DNA of 36,565 bases, from assembly GCA_964552325.1 (NCBI GenBank), contig CAZKHA010000017.1:1-36565 (forward strand), written 5' to 3'. The notes under the pieces are model-generated. The model was not told where the DNA came from, searched no databases, and saw nothing but the letters and a program-made list of their open reading frames with translations. Numbering within the stretch: position 1 is the first letter of the stretch; every line of letters begins with the position of its first letter. Shown here piece after piece: positions 11,110-18,313 of this stretch. The stretch is from an uncultured Bacteroidales bacterium. GTDB taxonomy: Bacteria > Bacteroidota > Bacteroidia > Bacteroidales > TTA-H9. A program made the position numbers and the translations under genes.

Positions 11110-12002
11110 GGTAATCTTTCTCCTATCCTTAATTTGGCACTTCGGGCTCTTGGATTTTCATTAACTTCTGATTCGGAAGCCGTTATAGGTTTTTTGGTAA
11201 TGGGTGTAACCTTTGTGATTATATTGCCGTAGAAGTCTTTATGAAGCACACCTTGTATATTGCCACATTTGATGAGGTTTTTTACCAAACGGTCTTCAAG
11301 TGAGTGATATGCCATTACCACGAGCCTCCCACCAGGTGCAAGCACTTCCACGGCCTGTGTAAGCATCTCTTCAAGAGCGCCCAATTCATCGTTTACCTCA
11401 ATGCGCAAGGCTTGAAATACTTGGGCCAAAAACTTGTTTTCAGCACCCCTGGGGGCATGTTTTTGAAGCACCGATTTTAAGGCCGTGGTTGTGGTAATCG
11501 AAAGCGCTGTCCGTTGTTGGGCAATGGTAGATGCTATACTGCGGGCATTTTGCAACTCGCCATAAAATCTAAAAACCTCTAGCAATTTTTCTTCAGGGTA
11601 GGTGTTTAATACATCGGCCGCTGTAAGTTGTGCTCGTTTATCCATGCGCATATCAAGGCTGCCATCAAAGCGTGTACTGAAACCCTTTTCGGGTTGGTCA
11701 ATCTGGAAGGATGATACGCCCAAATCAGCCAAAATGCCATCTAAGGGCAATGCATCGTAGTACTTTATAAAATTCTTAAGAAACCTAAAATTGTGATGCA
11801 CAAACGTAAACCTCGGATCTTGTGGCACATTGCGCAATGCATCTTCATCTTGGTCAAAACCAAAAAGACGGCCTCCTTTTAGGTTTTCCAAGATTTTGGC
11901 GGTATGTCCGGCGCCTCCAAGAGTGAGGTCAGCATAAATGCCGCCTTCCTTAAGATTAAGGCCTTCAATACATTCTGCCAGCATTACGGGTTTGTGGTAC
12001 AT
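11106..12002 (-). CDS. rsmH: 16S rRNA (cytosine1402-N4)-methyltransferase RsmH (MraW)
   Basis: 298 aa starting MYHKPVMLAECIEGLNLKEGGIYADLTLGGAGHT, the canonical RsmH SAM-binding N-terminus. Confidence 0.92.
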   Translation of the reverse strand: MYHKPVMLAECIEGLNLKEGGIYADLTLGGAGHTAKILENLKGGRLFGFDQDEDALRNVPQDPRFTFVHHNFRFLKNFIKYYDALPLDGILADLGVSSFQIDQPEKGFSTRFDGSLDMRMDKRAQLTAADVLNTYPEEKLLEVFRFYGELQNARSIASTIAQQRTALSITTTTALKSVLQKHAPRGAENKFLAQVFQALRIEVNDELGALEEMLTQAVEVLAPGGRLVVMAYHSLEDRLVKNLIKCGNIQGVLHKDFYGNIITKVTPITKKPITASESEVNENPRARSAKLRIGERLP

Positions 12003-12015
12003 AATATTTTAGTAG

Positions 12016-12492
12016 TTAGTCGTCATCTTCATCATCATCATAAGTAAAGTTGCCCATGGCGTTTTGAGCCAATTTTGCATAGTCTTCGGCTGACATGGTA
12101 GTGTGCTTACGGTAATTCTCTTTATCCCAAATCTTGAACTTATCAAGCGAAGAAGCAATTACAATGTCTTTGTCCAAGCTCGCATGTTCAATCAAATCTT
12201 TTGGAATTAGTACACGGCCTGTACCGTCAAGTTCCACCGTCTTTGAATTAGCCATAAATAAGTCAATAAAAAGCTCGTTGCCAGGGATGTACCGGTTTAA
12301 CTTCTTTATTTTCTTCAATTCACGGTCAAACACGGCCCTTGGAAAAAGATCTAACGATTTATCGAACGTGTTTTTTCGGAGCACAAAGCCTTTATCCATG
12401 ATGCTTTGAAGCTGCTTCTTCAAGGCAACAGGAAGCTGGATTCTGCTTTTATCATCCAGTTTACAGTCATATACTCCAATAAAAGGCTGCAT
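12016..12492 (-). CDS. mraZ: Transcriptional regulator MraZ
   Basis: 158 aa with the two duplicated DxxxR motifs (DDKSRIQLP and DGTGRVLIP) and an acidic C-terminal tail. First gene of the dcw cluster. Confidence 0.9.
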   Translation of the reverse strand: MQPFIGVYDCKLDDKSRIQLPVALKKQLQSIMDKGFVLRKNTFDKSLDLFPRAVFDRELKKIKKLNRYIPGNELFIDLFMANSKTVELDGTGRVLIPKDLIEHASLDKDIVIASSLDKFKIWDKENYRKHTTMSAEDYAKLAQNAMGNFTYDDDEDDD

Positions 12493-12502
12493 GTTTTCAA
12501 AA

Positions 12503-12570
12503 TGTTGGACAAATATAGGTCATTTTGCCCCACTTTGTTGAATAATTCTACACATTGCCCCACTTTGTTT
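12503..12570 (-). promoter_or_regulatory. mraZ promoter region with a TATATTTG -7 box (plus-strand coordinates 12510-12517). Two 15-bp direct repeats, AACAAAGTGGGGCAA on the minus strand, lie at 12525-12539 and 12555-12569 and are a candidate MraZ operator.
   Basis: The exact 15-mer ttgccccactttgtt occurs twice on the plus strand, 30 bp apart, 33-77 nt upstream of the mraZ ATG. Its minus-strand core AAAGTGGGG resembles the published GTGG[G/T]-type MraZ box repeats. TATATTTG matches the Bacteroidetes TAnnTTTG -7 consensus. Confidence 0.5.
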
Positions 12571-12886
12571 ATAACTTTTTTTCTCCAAAAAGATATGAAC
12601 AACAAAAAAATGAACCCTACTTGCTGTATTTCAATTGTTTAACAAAATATCAAATGCAACATAACCGCATATAAAAAATTATAGCGCAACAAAATTTATT
12701 AACAGGTGTACAAAACTACTACTAAACGTGCATCAATACTTAATTTGTTGATAAATAAAAAGTTGATTATAGAGCAAGCAAATTTGTTAATAACTTTGAA
12801 TTGCCAAAGTTGTAATGCTGGCACAAAAACCCAAAAATTACAACAGCATATCTACTTATTTGATTTACAGCTTTTTAATTAAATAA

Positions 12887-12919
12887 TTGCGCATAATTAG
12901 CTTAGAAGTTGTATCTTTG
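12887..12919 (+). promoter_or_regulatory. Putative Bacteroidetes-type promoter for the downstream acyltransferase operon: TTG near 12887-12889 and -7 box TATCTTTG at 12912-12919.
   Basis: Exact TAnnTTTG match about 130 nt upstream of the first plus-strand gene, preceded by a long AT-rich non-coding stretch. Confidence 0.4.
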
Positions 12920-12973
12920 TAGCAACAGAACATAGGGCACGGCCATACGGCTTCTGAATTTTGGTTTTGGCTC

Positions 12974-12999
12974 GCCCTTCACCTTAGGGTGATCGGGGC
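12974..12999 (+). other. Stable stem-loop in the 5' leader: GCCC-T-TCACC [TTAG] GGTGA-TC-GGGGC.
   Basis: A 5-bp inner stem (TCACC/GGTGA) with an outer GCCC/GGGGC helix, read directly from the sequence. No U-tract follows, so it is not a canonical terminator. Confidence 0.3.
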
Positions 13000-13049
13000 T
13001 AAAGCTGATTCAGTAAATCTGTCCTGGAAACGTCTTAAAATCAAAGCTA

Positions 13050-13883
13050 TTGGAAAACGATTTTCTAGATATTGCTAGGGTGCTCAAGCAAAAGAATCCC
13101 AAGCTTTACAGGTGGATACCAGGGTTCGTGCTTGCCTATCTCCGCCGTATAGTTCACCAGAAGGAATTAAACAGCATCGTGCGCAAGTACGGGGATTTAA
13201 CTGGAGTGGATTTTTTAGTTGGCGCATTGAAAGAGATGGGTGTTACTACCACTACTTCGGGAAACCAGACTTGGGAAGGAAACGATAAGTTGCTTTTTGT
13301 CGCTAACCATCCACTGGGCGGGCTCGATGGCATGGCTTTTATGGCAGTGGTTGGCAAGGTATTGCCTGACATTGTGTTCCCCGTAAACGATATCTTGATG
13401 CACATCCCCAACCTAAGGCCATTGTTTATACCCGTAAACAAGCATGGCCGGAATTCGCATCTGGTAAAGGCCCTTGACGACGCGTTTGCCTCCAAAGCCC
13501 CCATTTTGTACTTTCCGGCAGGCTTATGTTCGCGCAAGCAAAACAATCAGATAGTTGACTTAGAATGGAAGAAGACCATTGTGTCGAAAGCCCGGCTCCA
13601 TCAACGCAGTATAGTGCCGGTACATATTAACGGGAAGAACTCGAGCTTTTTTTATAACTTGGCCCGTTGGAGGCTTAGGCTTGGAATAAAAGCCAATATC
13701 GAAATGTTGTTTCTGGTTGATGAAATGTTTAAGCAGAAAGGGCAAACAATACACCTCGGCTTTGGCAAGCCGATACCTCCGGCAACTTTCGACACCCGGC
13801 ATACAGATAATGAATGGGCAGCGTTGCTTAAGAAACATGTTTATGCTATTGGCAATGATGTAAATACAGAATTTAACGCTTAA
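13050..13883 (+). CDS. Lysophospholipid (1-acyl-glycerol-3-phosphate type) O-acyltransferase family protein. Candidate OlsA/GlsA-like acyltransferase of an aminoacyl-lipid pathway.
   Basis: 277-aa PlsC-like fold. It sits immediately upstream (6-nt gap) of an OlsB-like N-acyltransferase, the arrangement described for ornithine-lipid and glycine-lipid (flavolipin) synthesis. The ORF as called begins with TTG, so the true start is uncertain. Confidence 0.6.
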   Translation: MENDFLDIARVLKQKNPKLYRWIPGFVLAYLRRIVHQKELNSIVRKYGDLTGVDFLVGALKEMGVTTTTSGNQTWEGNDKLLFVANHPLGGLDGMAFMAVVGKVLPDIVFPVNDILMHIPNLRPLFIPVNKHGRNSHLVKALDDAFASKAPILYFPAGLCSRKQNNQIVDLEWKKTIVSKARLHQRSIVPVHINGKNSSFFYNLARWRLRLGIKANIEMLFLVDEMFKQKGQTIHLGFGKPIPPATFDTRHTDNEWAALLKKHVYAIGNDVNTEFNA

Positions 13884-13889
13884 TGAAAT

Positions 13890-14870
13890 ATGGAAGAAGT
13901 AATTCCAAAAGTTGATCGCGAACTGATTGCAATGGAGTTGAATGAGTCAAAATTCCTCCGCAACACCAATAATGGCAATCGGCAGATATTTATTGTAACA
14001 CATCACGATTCGCCCAATGTTATGCGCGAGATAGGACGATTGCGTGAGCTTGCTTTTCGCGATGCCGGTGGGGGCACAGGCAAAGAACTTGATATAGACA
14101 TTTATGATACCGCACGCTACCCATTTAAGCAACTAATTGTATGGGATCCTGATGATGAGGAGATTATCGGCGGTTATCGTTATATTCATTGCCAAGATTT
14201 GCCCCGATCGAAAACCGGTAGCTTTTTGTCGCCCACGGCGCATCTGTTCAATTTTACACAAAGGTTTATTGATGAGTATGTGCCAGTTACCATCGAATTG
14301 GGCCGATCGTTTGTTCAGCCTGCTTACCAGGCATCGTTTAATGTTCGAAAAGGAATGTTTTCGCTCGACAACCTATGGGATGGACTAGGAGCACTTGTAA
14401 TCGAAAACCCCAGCGTTAAGTATTTCTTTGGAAAGGTTACCATGTACACGCATTACGACGTTAAAGCGCGTGACACCTTGTTGTATTTTCTCAACAGGTA
14501 TTTCCCTGATCCCGACAGATTGGTTTATCCACATGAGCCTGTAGAAATTGTTTGCCCTGATTGTGGTTTCGAGCAACTTTTTAACGGAGGATCCTATGAA
14601 GAGAACTACCGCATCCTTAATCAAACCATCCGCGATTACCGTGAAAACATCCCCCCGTTGGTTAATGCTTACATGAACTTATCACCTTCTATGCGCTTTT
14701 TTGGAACCGCCATCAACCACAGTTTTGGAGGTGTCGAAGAGTCGGGTATCCTTATTACAATCAAAGATGTTTACGAAAAAAAGAAAACGCGTCATCTGGC
14801 CACTTATATCAAAAAAATGAACCTGTTAAATTTTAAACTTCGGATAAGAAGGAGATACGATGCGCATTAA
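13890..14870 (+). CDS. GNAT-fold N-acyltransferase of the OlsB/GlsB (hemolysin-like) family. Candidate amino-acid N-acyltransferase for lipoamino-acid or glycine-lipid synthesis.
   Basis: 326 aa, similar in size and sequence character to OlsB-type acyl-ACP-dependent N-acyltransferases, and paired with the PlsC-like gene. Confidence 0.55.
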   Translation: MEEVIPKVDRELIAMELNESKFLRNTNNGNRQIFIVTHHDSPNVMREIGRLRELAFRDAGGGTGKELDIDIYDTARYPFKQLIVWDPDDEEIIGGYRYIHCQDLPRSKTGSFLSPTAHLFNFTQRFIDEYVPVTIELGRSFVQPAYQASFNVRKGMFSLDNLWDGLGALVIENPSVKYFFGKVTMYTHYDVKARDTLLYFLNRYFPDPDRLVYPHEPVEIVCPDCGFEQLFNGGSYEENYRILNQTIRDYRENIPPLVNAYMNLSPSMRFFGTAINHSFGGVEESGILITIKDVYEKKKTRHLATYIKKMNLLNFKLRIRRRYDAH

Positions 14871-15456
14871 AGAGGCTACGTTTATTTCGAGCATAACAGA
14901 TTTTTCGAAATGCCCAGCACCCAATTTGCCAGAATATGCCTTTATTGGCAGGTCGAATGTCGGCAAGTCGTCGTTAATAAATATGTTGACCGACCGAAAA
15001 AGCTTGGCACGAATTTCAAACACACCGGGCAAGACGCAAACCATCAACCATTACCTGGTTGATAAGACTTGGTACTTAACTGATTTGCCGGGTTATGGCT
15101 ACGCACGTATCTCAAAAACCACACGTCAATTGTGGCCAGCTATGATTCGCAATTATTTGGCCAACCGCTCAAATTTACTTACAACATTTGTGTTGGTTGA
15201 CTCGAGGATAACGCCTCAAAAAATAGATTTGGAATTTATTAACTATTTGGGCGAAAACTCTTTGCCCTTAGCCGTAGTATTCACCAAAACCGAAAAATTG
15301 GGCAAGAGTATTTTGGCTAACAACCTTGAGGCGTATAAAAACGAACTCCGGCAAACCTGGGAGGAGATGCCGGAGTTTATTGTTACTTCGTCAGTAAGCG
15401 GTGTCGGCAAGGCCGAACTGCTAAGTTTTATTGAGGCAAGCAATAAGCTATTCTAA
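14860..15456 (+). CDS. engB: Ribosome biogenesis GTP-binding protein YihA/EngB (YsxC)
   Basis: 198 aa with the GRSNVGKSSLIN G1 motif, DLPGYGYA G3 region and a TKxD-like G4 motif. Overlaps the upstream N-acyltransferase gene by 11 nt. Confidence 0.88.
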   Translation: MRIKEATFISSITDFSKCPAPNLPEYAFIGRSNVGKSSLINMLTDRKSLARISNTPGKTQTINHYLVDKTWYLTDLPGYGYARISKTTRQLWPAMIRNYLANRSNLLTTFVLVDSRITPQKIDLEFINYLGENSLPLAVVFTKTEKLGKSILANNLEAYKNELRQTWEEMPEFIVTSSVSGVGKAELLSFIEASNKLF

Positions 15457-15800
15457 GCTTTTTTAGTACCTGACATTTTTAAATGAATAAGTAAATGGTC
15501 TTTAGAGACTTGTTCTCCTGCCTTTACATTTATTTTCCTAACAACCGCATCAAATGGGGCTATCAAAACATTGTTCATCTTCATAGCTACCAAAATCAGC
15601 AGCTTCTCCCCCATTTTTACCTTTTGCTTTTCCTTCACAAATATTTCGGTAACATTTCCGGGAATAAATGCAGTAATCATCTCTGGATCAGGCATTTTAT
15701 AGGCTTTCCTGAGCTTGTACTTGGCCGAGAGTGTTGTTCTATACGAGGATCCGTCAACATTGAAAAGTTCGAGTTCAACGGGGATGTTTTCCTGTTCCAT
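15453..15800 (-). CDS. Biotin/lipoyl attachment protein. Small biotin-carboxyl-carrier-like subunit of an acyl-CoA carboxylase or decarboxylase.
   Basis: 115 aa with the biotinyl-lysine motif LVAMKMNNVL (AMKM). Lies 47 nt downstream of the carboxyltransferase gene. Confidence 0.8.
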   Translation of the reverse strand: MEQENIPVELELFNVDGSSYRTTLSAKYKLRKAYKMPDPEMITAFIPGNVTEIFVKEKQKVKMGEKLLILVAMKMNNVLIAPFDAVVRKINVKAGEQVSKDHLLIHLKMSGTKKA

Positions 15801-15847
15801 GCAGTGTTTTGTTTAATAATTACTTGATTTACGAAAAACCTGATGCA

Positions 15848-17392
15848 TCAAAACGGAGGAATTCCATGTTTTTTGTATGGCCTCAGTTCTGATTTGCTTA
15901 CTGAAATTTCAAGCGCATGTGCAACAAAATGACGGGTTTCGGCAGGTTCGACAACTGCATCCACATAACCATAAGCTGCTGCTACATAAGGATTTGCAAA
16001 CTTCTCTTTGTATTCATCAATTTTCTTTTTCCGCATTTCATTGGGGTTTTCTGCTTCGGTTATCTCTTTTTTAAAGATAATGTTGGCAGCTCCCTCTGGA
16101 CCCATAACAGCAATTTCGGCGGTAGGCCATGCCAAGACAAAGTCAGCCTTTAGGTGATGCGAGCACATGGCAATGTACCCTCCACCATATGCTTTGCGCA
16201 TAATAACCGTAATCTTTGGTACAGTAGCTTCAGAGTATGCATAAAGCACCTTGGCCCCATGTCTTATAACACCTGCATGCTCTTGGTCAATGCCTGGCAA
16301 ATACCCAGGCAAGTCAACGAGTGTTACCAGTGGGATGTTAAAAGCGTCGCAGAAACGAATAAAACGGCCGGCTTTATCGCTCGAATCCACATCAAGAACG
16401 CCAGCTAGAACAAGTGGCTGGTTGGCAACAACACCGATGCTTTGCCCCGACATGCGCGCAAATCCAACAACAATGTTTGGTGCGAAAAGCTCCATTACTT
16501 CCAAAAATTCCGAATCATCAACCAAGGCTTTTACCACATTTCGAACATCATAAGGTTCAGTGGGGTTAGTGGGTATAATTTCGTCAATTTTGTATTGCCG
16601 CTTAGGGGCTTTCTTTGGAAATGACTTGGCTTTGTTTTCGTTGCTCCAAGGAATAAAGCTTACCAATTGCTTTATTTGCTCAAAACATTGGTTTTCGCTC
16701 TCGGCATAAAAGTGCGCATTGCCAGTAATCTCGGCCTGAACCTTAGCTCCGCCAAGGTCTTCCTTTGAAATCTCTTCGCCTAATACTGTCTTTATAACCT
16801 CAGGTCCGGTAATAAACATTTGTGATATTTTGTCAACCACAAATACAAAGTCAGTTAAGGCTGGCGAATAAACAGCACCTCCAGCACAAGGGCCTAAAAT
16901 TACTGATATTTGAGGTATAACGCCAGAAGCCAAGGTGTTGCGATAAAAAATATCGCCGTAGCCTGCCAAAGCGTTTACGCCCTCCTGAATACGAGCTCCG
17001 CCTGAGTCATTGATACCTATAATAGGCACCTTAAGCTTCATGGCATGATCCATGATCTTCACAATTTTTTTGGCATGTGCGTAACCCAGCGAACCTCCGG
17101 CCACTGTGAAATCCTGTGCATATATACACACCGGAAAACCACTAATGGTTCCAGTTCCTGTTATTACTCCATCGCCAGGCAGAAACTTCTTGTCCATGTC
17201 AAAGTCTTTGCCTGCATGCGACACAAACATATCATATTCATGAAATGATTTGGGGTCGAGCAAGGCAAGAATGCGCTCACGAGCTGTTAACTTGCCCTTG
17301 GCTTTTTGACTTTCAACGGCTTTTGAGCCACCACCTTCTGATGCTTCCCGCATCCTCCGTTTAAGTTCGGAAATCTTTTGGCTTAACGACAT
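15848..17392 (-). CDS. Acyl-CoA carboxylase carboxyltransferase subunit (propionyl-CoA carboxylase beta / methylmalonyl-CoA decarboxylase alpha family)
   Basis: 514-aa fused CT N- and C-domains, typical of the PccB/MmdA family. A TATTTTTG -7 motif lies on the minus strand at plus coordinates 17453-17460. Confidence 0.88.
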   Translation of the reverse strand: MSLSQKISELKRRMREASEGGGSKAVESQKAKGKLTARERILALLDPKSFHEYDMFVSHAGKDFDMDKKFLPGDGVITGTGTISGFPVCIYAQDFTVAGGSLGYAHAKKIVKIMDHAMKLKVPIIGINDSGGARIQEGVNALAGYGDIFYRNTLASGVIPQISVILGPCAGGAVYSPALTDFVFVVDKISQMFITGPEVIKTVLGEEISKEDLGGAKVQAEITGNAHFYAESENQCFEQIKQLVSFIPWSNENKAKSFPKKAPKRQYKIDEIIPTNPTEPYDVRNVVKALVDDSEFLEVMELFAPNIVVGFARMSGQSIGVVANQPLVLAGVLDVDSSDKAGRFIRFCDAFNIPLVTLVDLPGYLPGIDQEHAGVIRHGAKVLYAYSEATVPKITVIMRKAYGGGYIAMCSHHLKADFVLAWPTAEIAVMGPEGAANIIFKKEITEAENPNEMRKKKIDEYKEKFANPYVAAAYGYVDAVVEPAETRHFVAHALEISVSKSELRPYKKHGIPPF

Positions 17393-17565
17393 ACCTGTGT
17401 GTTTTGGTTAAATGTACAATTAAATAAAAAAACATTCTATTGCCAAAGTAGCTGCAAAAATAGCTCATTCTAAGCTAAAAGCAAAACATATATCCCAGCC
17501 AATACGGTTGGTTGTTTTGTAATCTATTGAAAACTAATCCTTTTTTAGATGTGGCTAAACTGTTT

Positions 17566-17573
17566 TATCTTTG
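17566..17573 (+). promoter_or_regulatory. TATCTTTG -7 box (Bacteroidetes TAnnTTTG) 27 nt upstream of the 17600 start codon
   Basis: Exact consensus match at the expected distance from the ATG. Confidence 0.45.
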
Positions 17574-17599
17574 CCCAAATTGTTAAAAAATCTTAAAAA

Positions 17600-17965
17600 A
17601 TGAATATCGAAGATTTTAGAAACTATTGTCTTTCAAAGGTTGAGGTAACGGAATGCTTCCCTTTTGATGCCACAACTCTCGTATTTAAGGTCATGGGAAA
17701 GATGTTCGCGATTACCGATACCGAAGACGAATTTGCCATTGCATTAAAATGTGACCCGGAATTGGTGATTCAATTGCGCGAACGATACCCTGCTGTAAAG
17801 CCCGGCTATCACCTCAACAAAAAGCACTGGAACACCATCACCATCGATGGCTCCGTTAATGACAGCCTGTTAAATGAATGGATTGATCATTCGTACAATG
17901 AGGTAGTGAAGACTTTGCCCAAAAAACAACAAGCCCTACTCGCTTCCTTGATTGCTGGCATTTGA
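17600..17965 (+). CDS. MmcQ/YjbR family DNA-binding protein
   Basis: 121 aa with the family-typical motifs (KxFAxxxxxExxxAxKCDPE...KHWNTI). Confidence 0.75.
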   Translation: MNIEDFRNYCLSKVEVTECFPFDATTLVFKVMGKMFAITDTEDEFAIALKCDPELVIQLRERYPAVKPGYHLNKKHWNTITIDGSVNDSLLNEWIDHSYNEVVKTLPKKQQALLASLIAGI

Positions 17966-18202
17966 TTTCTTGCCCTTTACAAACATATCTCCTAATAAAT
18001 AGCCCATCAATCCACCCCATGCTATTGAAATATAGGGGTTGGAAGTGATGGGGCAACTACCCGATGCACAACCGATGAAATAGTAGTATGCATAACCACC
18101 AGCAAACCCTACAAGCGTGCCAATAAGGGCGGGGATTGCGATGTACTTGCTAATTTTTTCTTTGAGTGTTGAAGGTGTTTGAGAAGTATTGCCGATTTCC
18201 AT
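17936..18202 (-). CDS. Small two-TM membrane protein with a CxSGSCP motif (DUF-type; function unknown)
   Basis: 88-aa ORF with two predicted hydrophobic helices flanking GCASGSCPI and a basic C-terminus. Its 3' end overlaps the convergent MmcQ/YjbR gene by 30 nt. No ORF of comparable quality occupies this stretch on the other strand. Confidence 0.5.
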   Translation of the reverse strand: MEIGNTSQTPSTLKEKISKYIAIPALIGTLVGFAGGYAYYYFIGCASGSCPITSNPYISIAWGGLMGYLLGDMFVKGKKSNASNQGSE

Positions 18203-18313
18203 CGTTGATAATTTTTAAGGTAATATGTCAGATTTTGCATATAACAAAAGCTATGCCGTGTACGATAAAAACCAATTAATTGTTGTAGTTTTGTTAAACT
18301 ATTACCCTACAGC

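Noticed and set aside
12920-13049. Possible tRNA or known riboswitch in the structured leader
   Set aside because: No T-loop (GGTTCGAAT-like) or acceptor-stem arrangement, and no motif I recognise from common riboswitch classes. Kept only as a generic structured leader.
13154-13838. Minus-strand ORFs of 62-130 aa inside the PlsC-like acyltransferase gene
   Set aside because: Embedded antisense to a gene with clear family features; the translations lack recognisable domains.
15495-15827. 110-aa plus-strand ORF overlapping the biotin-carrier gene
   Set aside because: The opposite strand encodes a protein with the diagnostic AMKM biotinylation motif. The plus-strand translation is low-complexity.
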